The position numbers and the translations under genes were made by a program. A stretch of 64,000 nt of DNA from contig CAVSAC010000012.1 in the NCBI GenBank assembly GCA_963725865.1, positions 224,001-288,000 of the forward strand, in the 5' to 3' direction. The notes under the pieces are model-generated. The model made no database searches. It had not been told where the DNA came from and was given only the letters and a program-made list of their open reading frames with translations. Each line of letters starts with the position of its first letter. Position 1 is the stretch's first letter. This document shows positions 31,475-41,503 of the stretch, one piece after another. The DNA is from Candidatus Eiseniibacteriota bacterium (GTDB lineage Bacteria; Eisenbacteria; RBG-16-71-46).

Positions 31475-32337
31475 ACCCGGCGAACTCGAGCCTCGCCGCC
31501 ACGCGCATCGACGTGCGCGTGGATCGCAAGCTGACCTTGCCTGGCCGGGTTTGGGCCGCGGAGTCGCCGCGCGCGATGGTGGCGATCTGCCACGGGCTCG
31601 GCGAGCACGGCGGGCGCTACGCGGCGCTCGCCGAGGACCTGGTGCGAGCGCGGCTCTCGGTGGTGGTGTTCGACCTGCCGGGACACGGCGAGGGAACGGG
31701 CCCGCGCGGCGACGTGCCGTCCTGGACCCTGCTGCGCGAGACCGTGGTGCCCGCCATGTTCACGACCTCGCGCGGGATGCCCGGGCATCCGGGCCAGCTG
31801 CCGCACGTGCTGCTCGGCCACAGCATGGGTGCGGTGCTCGCGCTCGACTACGCGCTCCAGCATCCGCGCGAGCTGCTGGCGGTGGTGTCGTCCGCGGCCG
31901 GCCTGCGCAGCGCGCTCCCGCCCTGGTGGAAGCTCGCGCTGGCGAACGTCGCGCGCGTCACGGCGCCCAGCGCGGGATTCCCGCACGGGCTCGACGAGAG
32001 CGGCATGTCGCGCGACTCCGAAGTACTGTCGGCGCGCGCGAAGGACCCGCTGGTGCACGATCGCATCAGCCCCCGGCTCTACTTCGAGTTCAACGAGGCG
32101 CGCCAGCGCGTGCTGCGCGACGCCCGGCGGCTCGCGGTGCCGGCGCTGCTGCTGCACGGCGCGGCCGACCGCGTGGCGGATCCCCGGGGCTCGCTCGAGT
32201 TCAGCGGCGCCGCGCCGCACGGCATGGTGCGGCTGATCACGTACACGGACGCCTACCACGAGCTGTTCAACGACCTCGGCCGGGCCGCGGTGGTGAAGGA
32301 CCTGGTCAGCTGGCTCGACGCGGTGCTGGTGGTCTAG
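31471..32337 (+). CDS. Alpha/beta hydrolase, lysophospholipase/monoacylglycerol lipase family
   Basis: HGLGEHGGRY, DLPGHG, GHSMG nucleophile, HGAADRV and YHELFND. Confidence 0.92.
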   Translation: MNPANSSLAATRIDVRVDRKLTLPGRVWAAESPRAMVAICHGLGEHGGRYAALAEDLVRARLSVVVFDLPGHGEGTGPRGDVPSWTLLRETVVPAMFTTSRGMPGHPGQLPHVLLGHSMGAVLALDYALQHPRELLAVVSSAAGLRSALPPWWKLALANVARVTAPSAGFPHGLDESGMSRDSEVLSARAKDPLVHDRISPRLYFEFNEARQRVLRDARRLAVPALLLHGAADRVADPRGSLEFSGAAPHGMVRLITYTDAYHELFNDLGRAAVVKDLVSWLDAVLVV

Positions 32338-32343
32338 CGTCGC

Positions 32344-33948
32344 TCAGGCGGCCGACGCGGCCGGCGCCACCGCGCGCGCGGGCAGCGTCATCGTCACGGC
32401 CAGTTCGCCGGCGGCCGTGCGCTGGCTGCGCAGCTCGCCGCCGTGGAGCTCCACCAGGTCGCGGATCAGCAGCATCCCCCAGCCGATCGCGTCGACGTGG
32501 GCCGGCGCGGCGCCGAACCCGGCCGGCGCGGCCTCGGGCGCGAAGTAGCCGGCGCTGGGGTCGCGCGTGAAGCGCAGCTCGAGCGTGGCCCACGCCTGGC
32601 CGGCGTCGTCCACGTGGTGGTGGGTCTCGGCGGCGATCGGCGCCCCGGGCGTGCTGACCCGCACCGCGCCCGCCAGCAGGTGGCGCACGGCGGCGTGCAG
32701 CTTCGCGAGGTCCATCCAGACCGCCGGCACGTCGGGGTCGAGCACCAGCGCCATCGCGACCGCCTTGCGCTCGGTGCGGCCGCTCAGCGCGACGACGCTG
32801 TCGTGCACCAGCTGGTTGAGCGAGCCGGGCACGGTCTCGAACGTCACCTCGCTCGCCTCGAGCGAGTAGAGGCCGTGCAGGTCGTCGATGCTCTCGAGCA
32901 TGCGGCTGGCCTGCTCGCCCAGCGCGTTCGTGAAGGTGTGGCGGTCGAGGTCGCCGACCTGCCCGCGCGGATCGCGCAGCAGCTCGGCGTAGCCCATCAG
33001 CGAGGCGAGCGGATTGCGCAGCTCGTGGTTGAGCGCGCACAGGAACTCGCGCCGCAGGCGGTGCATGCGTTCGAGCGCCGAGGTGCGGCGATCGCGCGCG
33101 GCGAAATCGCCGATGCGGCGCACCGTGATCGCGAGGTGCTCGGCGAACGGCACCAGCAGGCGGGCGTCCTCGTCCTGGAACGGCGGCCGACCGGCCAGGC
33201 GCGTGACGTTGAGCACGCCCACCACGCGATCCGCGAGCAGCATCGGCACGCACACCGCGGAGTCGATACCGCGCCACACCTTCTCCTCGCCCGGGAAGCG
33301 CCCGGCCATCTCCGAGGTATGGATCACGGTCGCCTGGCGCGACGCGGCGACCCGGCCGGCGACGCCCTCGCCCATGCGCACCACGGACTCGCGCACCACC
33401 GCGCCGTCGGCGCCGGAGACCGCCTGGCAGCGCAGCTCCTGGCTCTCCGGGTCGAGCAGCATGATCGAGGCCTCGTCCGCCTCGAGACAGGGCAGGAGCC
33501 GGTGCGTGATGGTCTCGAGCACCGGCTCCAGCTCCAGCTCGAGATGGAGCCGCGCGGTCACGTCGAACAGCGCGATGATCTCGGAGAGCCGCGAGTCGAG
33601 CGCGGTCGCCCGCACGTGCTCGGCGAGCAGGCGGCGTGTCAGCGCGGCGACCCGCTGTTGCTGGAGCAGGGCGTAGAGCGAGAACAGCACGAGCAGGCCA
33701 CCGAGCCCCACGAACATCTGCAGTCGGGTCTCGGGGTCGGGACTGCCCTCGACACCGGCCCGCCACTCGGCCAGGGACAGCAGCCCGACCGCCAGCCCGA
33801 GGCCGAGCATCAGCGCGGTGCTGAGGCCCCAATTCGCGAGCCAGCGATGCGACATCGCGCGCAGAACGCGCTCGTCACCCGCCGGCGGCGCCGGTGTCCG
33901 AGGTAGGGAGGGCATGTCCCCGGCGGTATCGGCATGCCGGACGGCCAC
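32344..33948 (-). CDS. Membrane GAF-domain histidine kinase-like protein (degenerate ATPase domain); start uncertain (33948/33915/33855)
   Basis: 2 TM segments, GAF domain (GEGVAGRVA, CVPM..VVGVLNV), H-box HELRNPL and C-terminal LVELHGG. Confidence 0.8.
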   Translation of the reverse strand: MAVRHADTAGDMPSLPRTPAPPAGDERVLRAMSHRWLANWGLSTALMLGLGLAVGLLSLAEWRAGVEGSPDPETRLQMFVGLGGLLVLFSLYALLQQQRVAALTRRLLAEHVRATALDSRLSEIIALFDVTARLHLELELEPVLETITHRLLPCLEADEASIMLLDPESQELRCQAVSGADGAVVRESVVRMGEGVAGRVAASRQATVIHTSEMAGRFPGEEKVWRGIDSAVCVPMLLADRVVGVLNVTRLAGRPPFQDEDARLLVPFAEHLAITVRRIGDFAARDRRTSALERMHRLRREFLCALNHELRNPLASLMGYAELLRDPRGQVGDLDRHTFTNALGEQASRMLESIDDLHGLYSLEASEVTFETVPGSLNQLVHDSVVALSGRTERKAVAMALVLDPDVPAVWMDLAKLHAAVRHLLAGAVRVSTPGAPIAAETHHHVDDAGQAWATLELRFTRDPSAGYFAPEAAPAGFGAAPAHVDAIGWGMLLIRDLVELHGGELRSQRTAAGELAVTMTLPARAVAPAASAA

Positions 33949-34017
33949 CTTGATGATGGACGCCGCGGGGACTCACTCCAGCGGGGGCGGACCCTCGGGA
34001 GCGTCGGACGGCTTTCG

Positions 34018-34034
34018 GCGCTCACCCGGAGCGC
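34018..34034 (-). promoter_or_regulatory. Candidate bacterial SECIS element
   Basis: GCGCUC-CGGGU-GAGCGC hairpin. The loop starts 22 nt after the UGA and has G at its second position. Confidence 0.45.
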
Positions 34035-34050
34035 ACGCGTCGGGGCGCGC

Positions 34051-34137
34051 TCAGGTCGGCACGCCCAGCCGGGGCAGCAGCCACGCCTGGAGCACCCACC
34101 ACGCGACGATCACGCCCGCCAACGGCAGCCAGTCCAT
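34051..34137 (-). CDS. 28-aa membrane microprotein MDWLPLAGVIVAWWVLQAWLLPRLGVPT; possibly extended to 33973 by Sec insertion
   Basis: Below the ORF-track cutoff. SD GGAGGT lies just before the ATG, all 28 codons end in G/C, and there is one hydrophobic helix. Confidence 0.75.
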   Translation of the reverse strand: MDWLPLAGVIVAWWVLQAWLLPRLGVPT

Positions 34138-34183
34138 GTCACCTCCGCACGATGGGAGACACGTCGTGGTCAAGAGGATTCCG

Positions 34184-35256
<1,073 letters not shown>

Positions 35257-35260
<4 letters not shown>

Positions 35261-36057
35261 GCGCGGCCTCCGAACGTGCCGCGCGGGGCGGCACGCAGCC
35301 CGAGCAGCAGGGCGAACGACATCGCCAGCAGCAACACCGACAGCACCACCGCCGCGTCGAGGTCGCTCTGCATCTGCACGTAGACCGCGATCGGCATGGT
35401 CTGGGTCACCCCGGGGCGGTTGCCGGCGAACGTGATGGTGGCGCCGAACTCCCCCAGCGCGCGCGCGCCGGCCATCGCCGCACCCGCCATCACGGCGGGG
35501 GCCGCGAGTGGGAGCGTGACGCGCAGGAAGGTGCGCGACTCCGAAGCGCGCAGCGTGGCGGCCACCTCGTGGTAGCGCGGGTCGACCCCGTCGAATCCGG
35601 CGCGGGCGGCGGCGATGAAGAACGGCGCCGCCATGAACGCCTGCGCGACCACCACGCCGAGCGTGGTGAACGGGAGCGTGATCCCGAGTGCCGCGAGCGC
35701 GCCGCCCGCGAGGCCCATGCGTCCGAACGCCATCAAGAGCCCGAACCCGGCGACCGTGGGCGGCAGCACCATCGGGAGCAGCACCAGCGCCTCGAGCACG
35801 CGCTTGCCGGGGAAGGAGCGCGCCGACAGCAGCCACGCCACCGGCAGGCCGAGCGCCACCACCACCGCGGTGGCGGCGACGCTGGTGACGAGCGACAGTC
35901 CGAGCGCCGCCCGCACCGCGGGATCGCCCAGCCGCGCGAGGAACGTGGCGGGGGCGACCCGCAACACCATCGCGACCACCGGCAATGCCAGCAGGACGAG
36001 CAGCAGGACGATCGCAAGCGCGACCGCCCCGCGCAGCAGCGCGCGCGCGGGCGTCAC
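35257..36057 (-). CDS. modB: Molybdate ABC transporter permease
   Basis: LPMVLPPTVAGFGLL, ARALGEFGATITFAGNRPGVTQTMP. Confidence 0.93.
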
Positions 36058-36920
36058 GGCGCCGGCGGCGGATCGAACGCGTGCCGCGCGAGCACCGCCT
36101 GGCCTTCGGGGGAGCGCACCAGCGCCACGAACGCCCGCGCCGCCTCGCCCTGGGGCGCGTGGGCGAACGTGGCGATCGGGTAGTCCGCGGTCACGTTCGC
36201 GCCGGCGGGCACCTCGAGCGTGCGCACGAAGCGCGCGACCGCGCGCGAGACGTCGGAGCGATACACGATCCCGGCGTCGGCCTCGCCGAGGCGCACCTTG
36301 CCCACGACGCCCTTCACGTTGTCCTCCTCGGACACCACGTTCGCCAGCGCGCGGCGCGTGAAGTCGACGGGCATGCCCGGCTCCCGGCCGAGATTCGCCA
36401 GCAACTGCCGCGCGTAGCGGCCGACCGGCACCGCGTCGGCCGCGATCACCAGCTTGACGCCGCCGCGCGCGAGGTCGCGCAGGCTGCCGATGCGGGCCGG
36501 GTTGGTGGCGGGAACGATGACGGCGAGACGATTGCGGGCGAAGGCAACCGGCTCGCCGTCGAGCAGGCCGCGACTGGCGACGTCGCGCATCCAGCGCTCG
36601 TCGGCCGAGGCGAACACGTCCGCGCGCGCGCCCTGCGCGAGCTGCGCTGCGAGCTGCTGCGAGCCCGCGAACGAGAAGCGCACCGCGATGCCGGGGTGCG
36701 AGCGTTCGAAGCGCGCGCCCAGTTCCGTCAACGGCTCGGCGAGCGAGGCCGCGGCGAACACGACGAGCGTGGTGGAGGGCGCCGCCGCGCGCGCCGGCGC
36801 GGCGGATGCCGGGCCCGCGAGCGCCATCGGCATCGCGAGCGCCGCCAGAGTCGCCAGGGCCACCGCGACGGTGAGCCGCGGGCGCGTCGGCCGTCCGCTG
36901 GGGAAAGCGCGCGCGCTCAT
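36054..36920 (-). CDS. modA: Molybdate ABC transporter substrate-binding protein
   Basis: Signal peptide; VFAAASL, FAGSQQL, ADVFASAD, VPVGRY, GEADAGIVY. Confidence 0.93.
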   Translation of the reverse strand: MSARAFPSGRPTRPRLTVAVALATLAALAMPMALAGPASAAPARAAAPSTTLVVFAAASLAEPLTELGARFERSHPGIAVRFSFAGSQQLAAQLAQGARADVFASADERWMRDVASRGLLDGEPVAFARNRLAVIVPATNPARIGSLRDLARGGVKLVIAADAVPVGRYARQLLANLGREPGMPVDFTRRALANVVSEEDNVKGVVGKVRLGEADAGIVYRSDVSRAVARFVRTLEVPAGANVTADYPIATFAHAPQGEAARAFVALVRSPEGQAVLARHAFDPPPAP

Positions 36921-37315
36921 GGCTGCCCCGGCTTGGCGATCATCACCTCGGTGGACTTGATCACCGCGTACACCGTGTCGCCGACCTTCAGCCCGAGGCG
37001 GTCGGCGGAGGAGCGCGTGATGATCGAGATCAGCGTCTGATCGCCGATGCGAAGCGCGACCTCGGCCATCACTCCGTCGCCGTGCACCCGCTCGATCACG
37101 CCGAGCAGGTTGTTGCGCGCGCTCAGCAACTCGAGTCCGACCGGCGCCGCCGGTGCGCGTGGCCCACCCAGCAGCCGGTCGATGTCGGCGCGCCGGAACA
37201 GCCACTTGCGGCCGACGCGCGCGGCCGGCAGGCGGCCGTCGCGCGCCATCGCCTGGACCCGCTTGGCGTGCAGATGGAGAAGCGCTGCGGCCTGCTCGAC
37301 GGTGATCGTGTCCAT
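36917..37315 (-). CDS. Excisionase-like HTH + TOBE molybdate-responsive regulator
   Basis: TVEQAAALL..GRLPAARVGRKW HTH; LSARN and SIITRSS..AVIKSTEV TOBE motifs. First gene of the mod operon. Confidence 0.88.
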   Translation of the reverse strand: MDTITVEQAAALLHLHAKRVQAMARDGRLPAARVGRKWLFRRADIDRLLGGPRAPAAPVGLELLSARNNLLGVIERVHGDGVMAEVALRIGDQTLISIITRSSADRLGLKVGDTVYAVIKSTEVMIAKPGQP

Positions 37316-37328
37316 GGAGACCCTCGAC

Positions 37329-37395
37329 TTGAGACCGATAGGATCGTCGGCTAGATTACCCTGCGTTCCAGATGCGGCAATATTCGGATACGCAA
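37329..37395. promoter_or_regulatory. Overlapping divergent promoters and candidate operator
   Basis: Plus strand: TTGAGA(37329-34)-N17-TAGATT(37352-57). Minus strand: TTGCCG(37380-75)-N16-TAATCT(37358-53). Imperfect repeats TTCCAGATGCGGCAA / TTCGGATACGCAA. Confidence 0.55.
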
Positions 37396-37429
37396 GGGAA
37401 CAAAGCAACCCTTCATCAGGAGGATCCGG

Positions 37430-38449
37430 ATGCACGGGGAACCGAAGGCGCCGCGCACGCCCTGGTGGGAGATGGCACTCGCGGTCGCGCTGGCGGCAGC
37501 AGCCGCCACGCCGTCGACGGCCTCGGAGCGCGATTCCATTCTCATCGCGCCGGGGGTTCCGCCGCTGGTTCCCGCGCTCGCCGCGCCCAGGGTGGGCGGC
37601 TACCTCCAGGCGCGCTCGACCGCGCAGGCGCACGTCGGGCTCACGAACACGCTCAATCGCGCTCGCTTCTCGATCGACGGCGCGCTGCCGGCGCGCTTCT
37701 CGTACCGGCTACTGGTGGAGCTCGAGGCCTCCGCCGGCGCGCGGAGTCCATCGACTCCGAGTCTGCGCGAGGCGTACGCGCGCTGGAGCGCGGCGCCGTT
37801 CACGATGTCGGCGGGGCAGATGAAGGCTCCGTTCACGCGCGAGTACCTGATCGCCGTCTCGTCGCTCGAAACCCCCGACCTGCCGGTCGCGGTCGACTCG
37901 CTGGCGCCCAAGTACGACCTCGGCGTGCTGGCGGAGTACGCGGCGGGCACCTGGGCCACGCTCGCGCTCGGCGCGTTCAACGGCGAGGGACAGAACGCCT
38001 CGGCCAACCGCGACTCCACGGTGCTGTGGGTGGCGCGCGCCACGGTGGTGCCGCTGCCGATGCTGGGGCTCGGTGGCAGCGTGACCCACGAGGGTCCCGA
38101 CAGCCTGCGCTGGGGCGTCGACGGGAGCATCGATTACCTCGGCGTGATGGTGCGCGCCGACTATCTGACGCGGCACCGGCGTGGGCGCGCGCGCGATCTC
38201 GACGACGCCGGCTGGAGCGTGCTCGCCGGCTACCGCGTGACGCCGCGCGTCCAGGCGCTGGGACGTCTCGAGCAATTCGAGCGCCCGTGGATCGGGCCCG
38301 CGCGCCGCATCCGCGGCACCGACGTGGGCGTGAACGTCGAGCTGGCCCCGAGCCGGGTGCGGCTGACCGTCTACGGGATCCGGCGCACGACGGGCAAGCC
38401 GCGCAAGAGCGCCGACACGGCGGTCGCACAGCTCCAGGTGCGCTGGTAG
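37430..38449 (+). CDS. Outer-membrane porin, OprO/OprP-like
   Basis: Signal peptide; GGYLQAR, RARFSIDG, GQMKAPF, GAFNGEG; C-terminal beta-strand ending in Trp. SD AGGAGG. Confidence 0.75.
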   Translation: MHGEPKAPRTPWWEMALAVALAAAAATPSTASERDSILIAPGVPPLVPALAAPRVGGYLQARSTAQAHVGLTNTLNRARFSIDGALPARFSYRLLVELEASAGARSPSTPSLREAYARWSAAPFTMSAGQMKAPFTREYLIAVSSLETPDLPVAVDSLAPKYDLGVLAEYAAGTWATLALGAFNGEGQNASANRDSTVLWVARATVVPLPMLGLGGSVTHEGPDSLRWGVDGSIDYLGVMVRADYLTRHRRGRARDLDDAGWSVLAGYRVTPRVQALGRLEQFERPWIGPARRIRGTDVGVNVELAPSRVRLTVYGIRRTTGKPRKSADTAVAQLQVRW

Positions 38450-38516
38450 GGTGGTCGGGCGGGCGACAGCGCGGGGACCGCGCGGGGGTGTCGGCGCGCG
38501 CTCGCTGCCGCGGACC

Positions 38517-40016
38517 TCAGCTCCGCGGCGCGGCGAGCAGCGTGGCGACGGCGCGGCGCCAGCGCGCCAGCTCCGCGCGCCGCCACGCCGCCGGTCGCCG
38601 CGGCCGGAACACGCGTTCCACCCGCCGCGCGCGGTCGAGGTCGCGGTGCGAGGTCCACAGCCCGACGCCGAGGCCCGCGAGCAATCCGGCACCGAGCGCG
38701 GTGGTGTCGAGCACCCGCGGGCGCTCCACCGGGATGCCGAGCACGTCGGCCTGGTACTGCATCAGCAGGGCGTTCGCCGCGGCGCCGCCGTCGACGCGCA
38801 GGACGCGCAGCCGCGCGCGCGCGTCGTGCGCCATCGCCTCGACCAGCTCGGCGCTCTGCAGCGCGATCGACTCGAGCGCCGCGCGCGCCAGGTGCGCCCG
38901 CGTGGTCCCGCGCGTGAGGCCGAACAGCGCCCCGCGCACGTCGGCGCGCCAGTGCGGGGCGCCGAGCCCCACGAACGCCGGCACCAGCGTCACGCCGCCG
39001 CTGTCGGGCACCGAGCGCGCGAGCGTCTCGCTCTCGGCGGCGGTCGCGATCGTGCCGAGCCCGTCGCGCAGCCACTGGATCGCCGCTCCCGCGATGAACA
39101 CGCTGCCTTCGAGCGCGTAGGCGGGGCCGCCGTCGGCGTCGCAGGCCACCGTGGTGAGCAGCCCGGCGCGCGAGGCGACGCGCCGGGCACCGGTGTGGAG
39201 CAGCAGGAAGCAGCCGGTGCCGTAGGTGTTCTTGGAGCGCCCGGCGGCCACGCACCCCTGCCCGAAGAGCGCCGCCTGCTGGTCGCCCGCCACGCCCGCG
39301 ATCGGGATGCCGTCGGGCAGCCCCGCCACGCCGCGGGTCGCGCCGAAGTCACCACTCGAGCGCCGCACTTCGGGCAGCAGCGCGCGCGGCACCCCGAAGC
39401 GCGCGAGCAGCTCGTCGTCCCACCGCCGCCGTCCGATGTCGTAGAGCATCGTGCGCGAGGCATTGGTGGGGTCGGTGGCGTGCACGGCGCCGTTCGTGAG
39501 CTTCCACAGCAGCCAGCTGTCGACGGTGCCGAACGCGAGCGCGCCGCGCGCCGCGCGGGCCGCGAGGGTGCGGGAATGCCGCAGCATCCACTCGAGCTTG
39601 GTGGCGGAGAAGTAGGGATCGAGCACCAGTCCGGTGCGCCGCCGCACCAGCGGCTCGAGCCCGGCGCGCCGCAGCGCCTCGCAGCGCGCGGTGGTGCGCC
39701 GGTCCTGCCACACGATCGCCCGCCCCACCGGCCGGCCGCTGCGACGGTCCCACACCAGCACGGTCTCGCGCTGGTTGGTGATCCCGATCGCCGCCAGCGC
39801 GCGCCCGTCGACGCGCGCGGCGCGCAGCGCGCGCGCGACCGCGGTGCGCACGCTGGTCCAGATCTCCTCGCCGTCGTGCTCGACCCAGCCGGGCCGCGGG
39901 AAGTGCTGAGGCAGTTCCGCGTAGCCGCGCCCGCTCACCTCGCCGCCCCGGGTCAGCACGAGCGCGGTGCTGCCGGTGGTGCCCTGATCGATGGCGAGGA
40001 CCTGGGTCGGCTTCAT
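38517..40016 (-). CDS. glpK: Glycerol kinase
   Basis: [48 protein letters not shown]. Confidence 0.96.
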   Translation of the reverse strand: MKPTQVLAIDQGTTGSTALVLTRGGEVSGRGYAELPQHFPRPGWVEHDGEEIWTSVRTAVARALRAARVDGRALAAIGITNQRETVLVWDRRSGRPVGRAIVWQDRRTTARCEALRRAGLEPLVRRRTGLVLDPYFSATKLEWMLRHSRTLAARAARGALAFGTVDSWLLWKLTNGAVHATDPTNASRTMLYDIGRRRWDDELLARFGVPRALLPEVRRSSGDFGATRGVAGLPDGIPIAGVAGDQQAALFGQGCVAAGRSKNTYGTGCFLLLHTGARRVASRAGLLTTVACDADGGPAYALEGSVFIAGAAIQWLRDGLGTIATAAESETLARSVPDSGGVTLVPAFVGLGAPHWRADVRGALFGLTRGTTRAHLARAALESIALQSAELVEAMAHDARARLRVLRVDGGAAANALLMQYQADVLGIPVERPRVLDTTALGAGLLAGLGVGLWTSHRDLDRARRVERVFRPRRPAAWRRAELARWRRAVATLLAAPRS

Positions 40017-41503
40017 CGGCTCTCCGGGTAGGGGCCGAGCGGGCGCTCGGCCTCGGCGCGCGCTTCGAGCGCGACCGCCAGCTCCGTGCGCTGGCGCTCC
40101 GCGCTCCAGCCGAGCCGCTGCGCCATGCGCTCCGCCACCTGGGGAGCGGCGGCGCGCGCGCGGGGTGGATCGAGCCACAGCGAGGTGCGGCGGCGCAGCA
40201 CGTCGTCGACGCGCCGCGCGAACTCGGACCCGACCGCGAAGTCCACCACGTGGCGCAGCTCGAGGCCGGCGGCGAACGGCGCCGGCAGCGGCGCATCGGT
40301 GTCCTCGATCACGTCGGCCGGCCGCCGCAGCACCGCCAGCGCCCGCCGCAGCGTGTCGTGCGCCATCACGCGGAAGGTCGTGTACTTGCCGCCCGCGATC
40401 GTGAGGATCGGTCCGTCGGCGATCACGCGATGCTCGCGCGAAGCGACTCCCACCGCGCCGGCGCCCGCCAGCAGCGGGCGCACGCCCGCGATCACCGCCC
40501 GCGGCGCGTAGTGCGCCACGCCCGGCAGCGCGCGCGCGAGCTCGGCACGCAGGTAGTGGATCTCCTCGGCGCTCGGCGCCAGCTCCTCAGGCTTCGGCGG
40601 CGAGGCCACCTCGACCTCGGTGGTGCCGACCAGCGCGTGGCCGGGGAGCGGGATCACGAAGAACACGCGGCGATCGTGCCGGGCCACCAGCAGCAGGCCG
40701 TGGCCGCGGGTGAGCGGCGGATACACCAGGTGGGTGCCGCGCGAGGGCCGCAGCAGCGGCACCGGCGGGGCCGCGTTCGGATGCAACCCCGCCAGCAGCT
40801 GCGCGCGCACCGCGTCGACCCAGGGTCCGGCCGCGTTCACCACCACGCGCGTGTGGAACGCCAGCCGCGTGTCCTCCAGCAGATCGTGGCCCTCGATCAG
40901 CACGCGGTTGTCGGACAGCGGGCGCGCCGCGGCCAGTTCGGTGTAGGTGTGCAGCACCGCGCCGTGCGCCGCCGCGTCGCGCGCCACCAGCACGGCGAGC
41001 CGTCCGTCGTCCATCACCACGTCGGAGTAGATCCCGGCGCCGGCGAGCCGCTCGGGCGCCAGCGCGGGCTCGAGCGCCAGCGTCTCCTTCGCGCGCACCA
41101 TCGCCCGCGGCGCGAGTCCGCCGTGGCCCGCCAGCGCGTCGTAGAGCGCCAGGCCGGCCCTCAGCTTCCAGGTCGGCAGCCGGTCGCCGCGGTAGAGCGG
41201 CACCAGGAAGCGCCGCGGGTGCGCGATGCCGGGCGCCATCCGGCCCACCGCCGCGCGCTCGGCCAGTGCCTCGCGCACCAGCCGCAGCCGGCCGTACTCG
41301 AGGTAGCGCAGGCCGCCGTGCAGCATGTGGCTCGACACGCTGCTGGTGCCCGACGCGAGGTCGCCGCGCTCGAGCAGCGCGACGCTCAGCCCGTGACGGG
41401 CCGCCAGGCGGGCCACGCCGAGGCCGGTGATCCCGCCGCCGATGACGACCAGATCGACCGCCCGCGGCGACGCGCGCGGATCTGCGGGGTCAGTGCCGGC
41501 CAC
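40013..41503 (-). CDS. glpD: FAD-dependent glycerol-3-phosphate dehydrogenase
   Basis: [43 protein letters not shown]. Confidence 0.9.
   Translation of the reverse strand: MAGTDPADPRASPRAVDLVVIGGGITGLGVARLAARHGLSVALLERGDLASGTSSVSSHMLHGGLRYLEYGRLRLVREALAERAAVGRMAPGIAHPRRFLVPLYRGDRLPTWKLRAGLALYDALAGHGGLAPRAMVRAKETLALEPALAPERLAGAGIYSDVVMDDGRLAVLVARDAAAHGAVLHTYTELAAARPLSDNRVLIEGHDLLEDTRLAFHTRVVVNAAGPWVDAVRAQLLAGLHPNAAPPVPLLRPSRGTHLVYPPLTRGHGLLLVARHDRRVFFVIPLPGHALVGTTEVEVASPPKPEELAPSAEEIHYLRAELARALPGVAHYAPRAVIAGVRPLLAGAGAVGVASREHRVIADGPILTIAGGKYTTFRVMAHDTLRRALAVLRRPADVIEDTDAPLPAPFAAGLELRHVVDFAVGSEFARRVDDVLRRRTSLWLDPPRARAAAPQVAERMAQRLGWSAERQRTELAVALEARAEAERPLGPYPESR

Noticed and set aside
36917..37315. 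Excisionase of a mobile element
   Set aside because: The HTH is fused to a TOBE domain and heads modABC. No integrase or att sites are seen.
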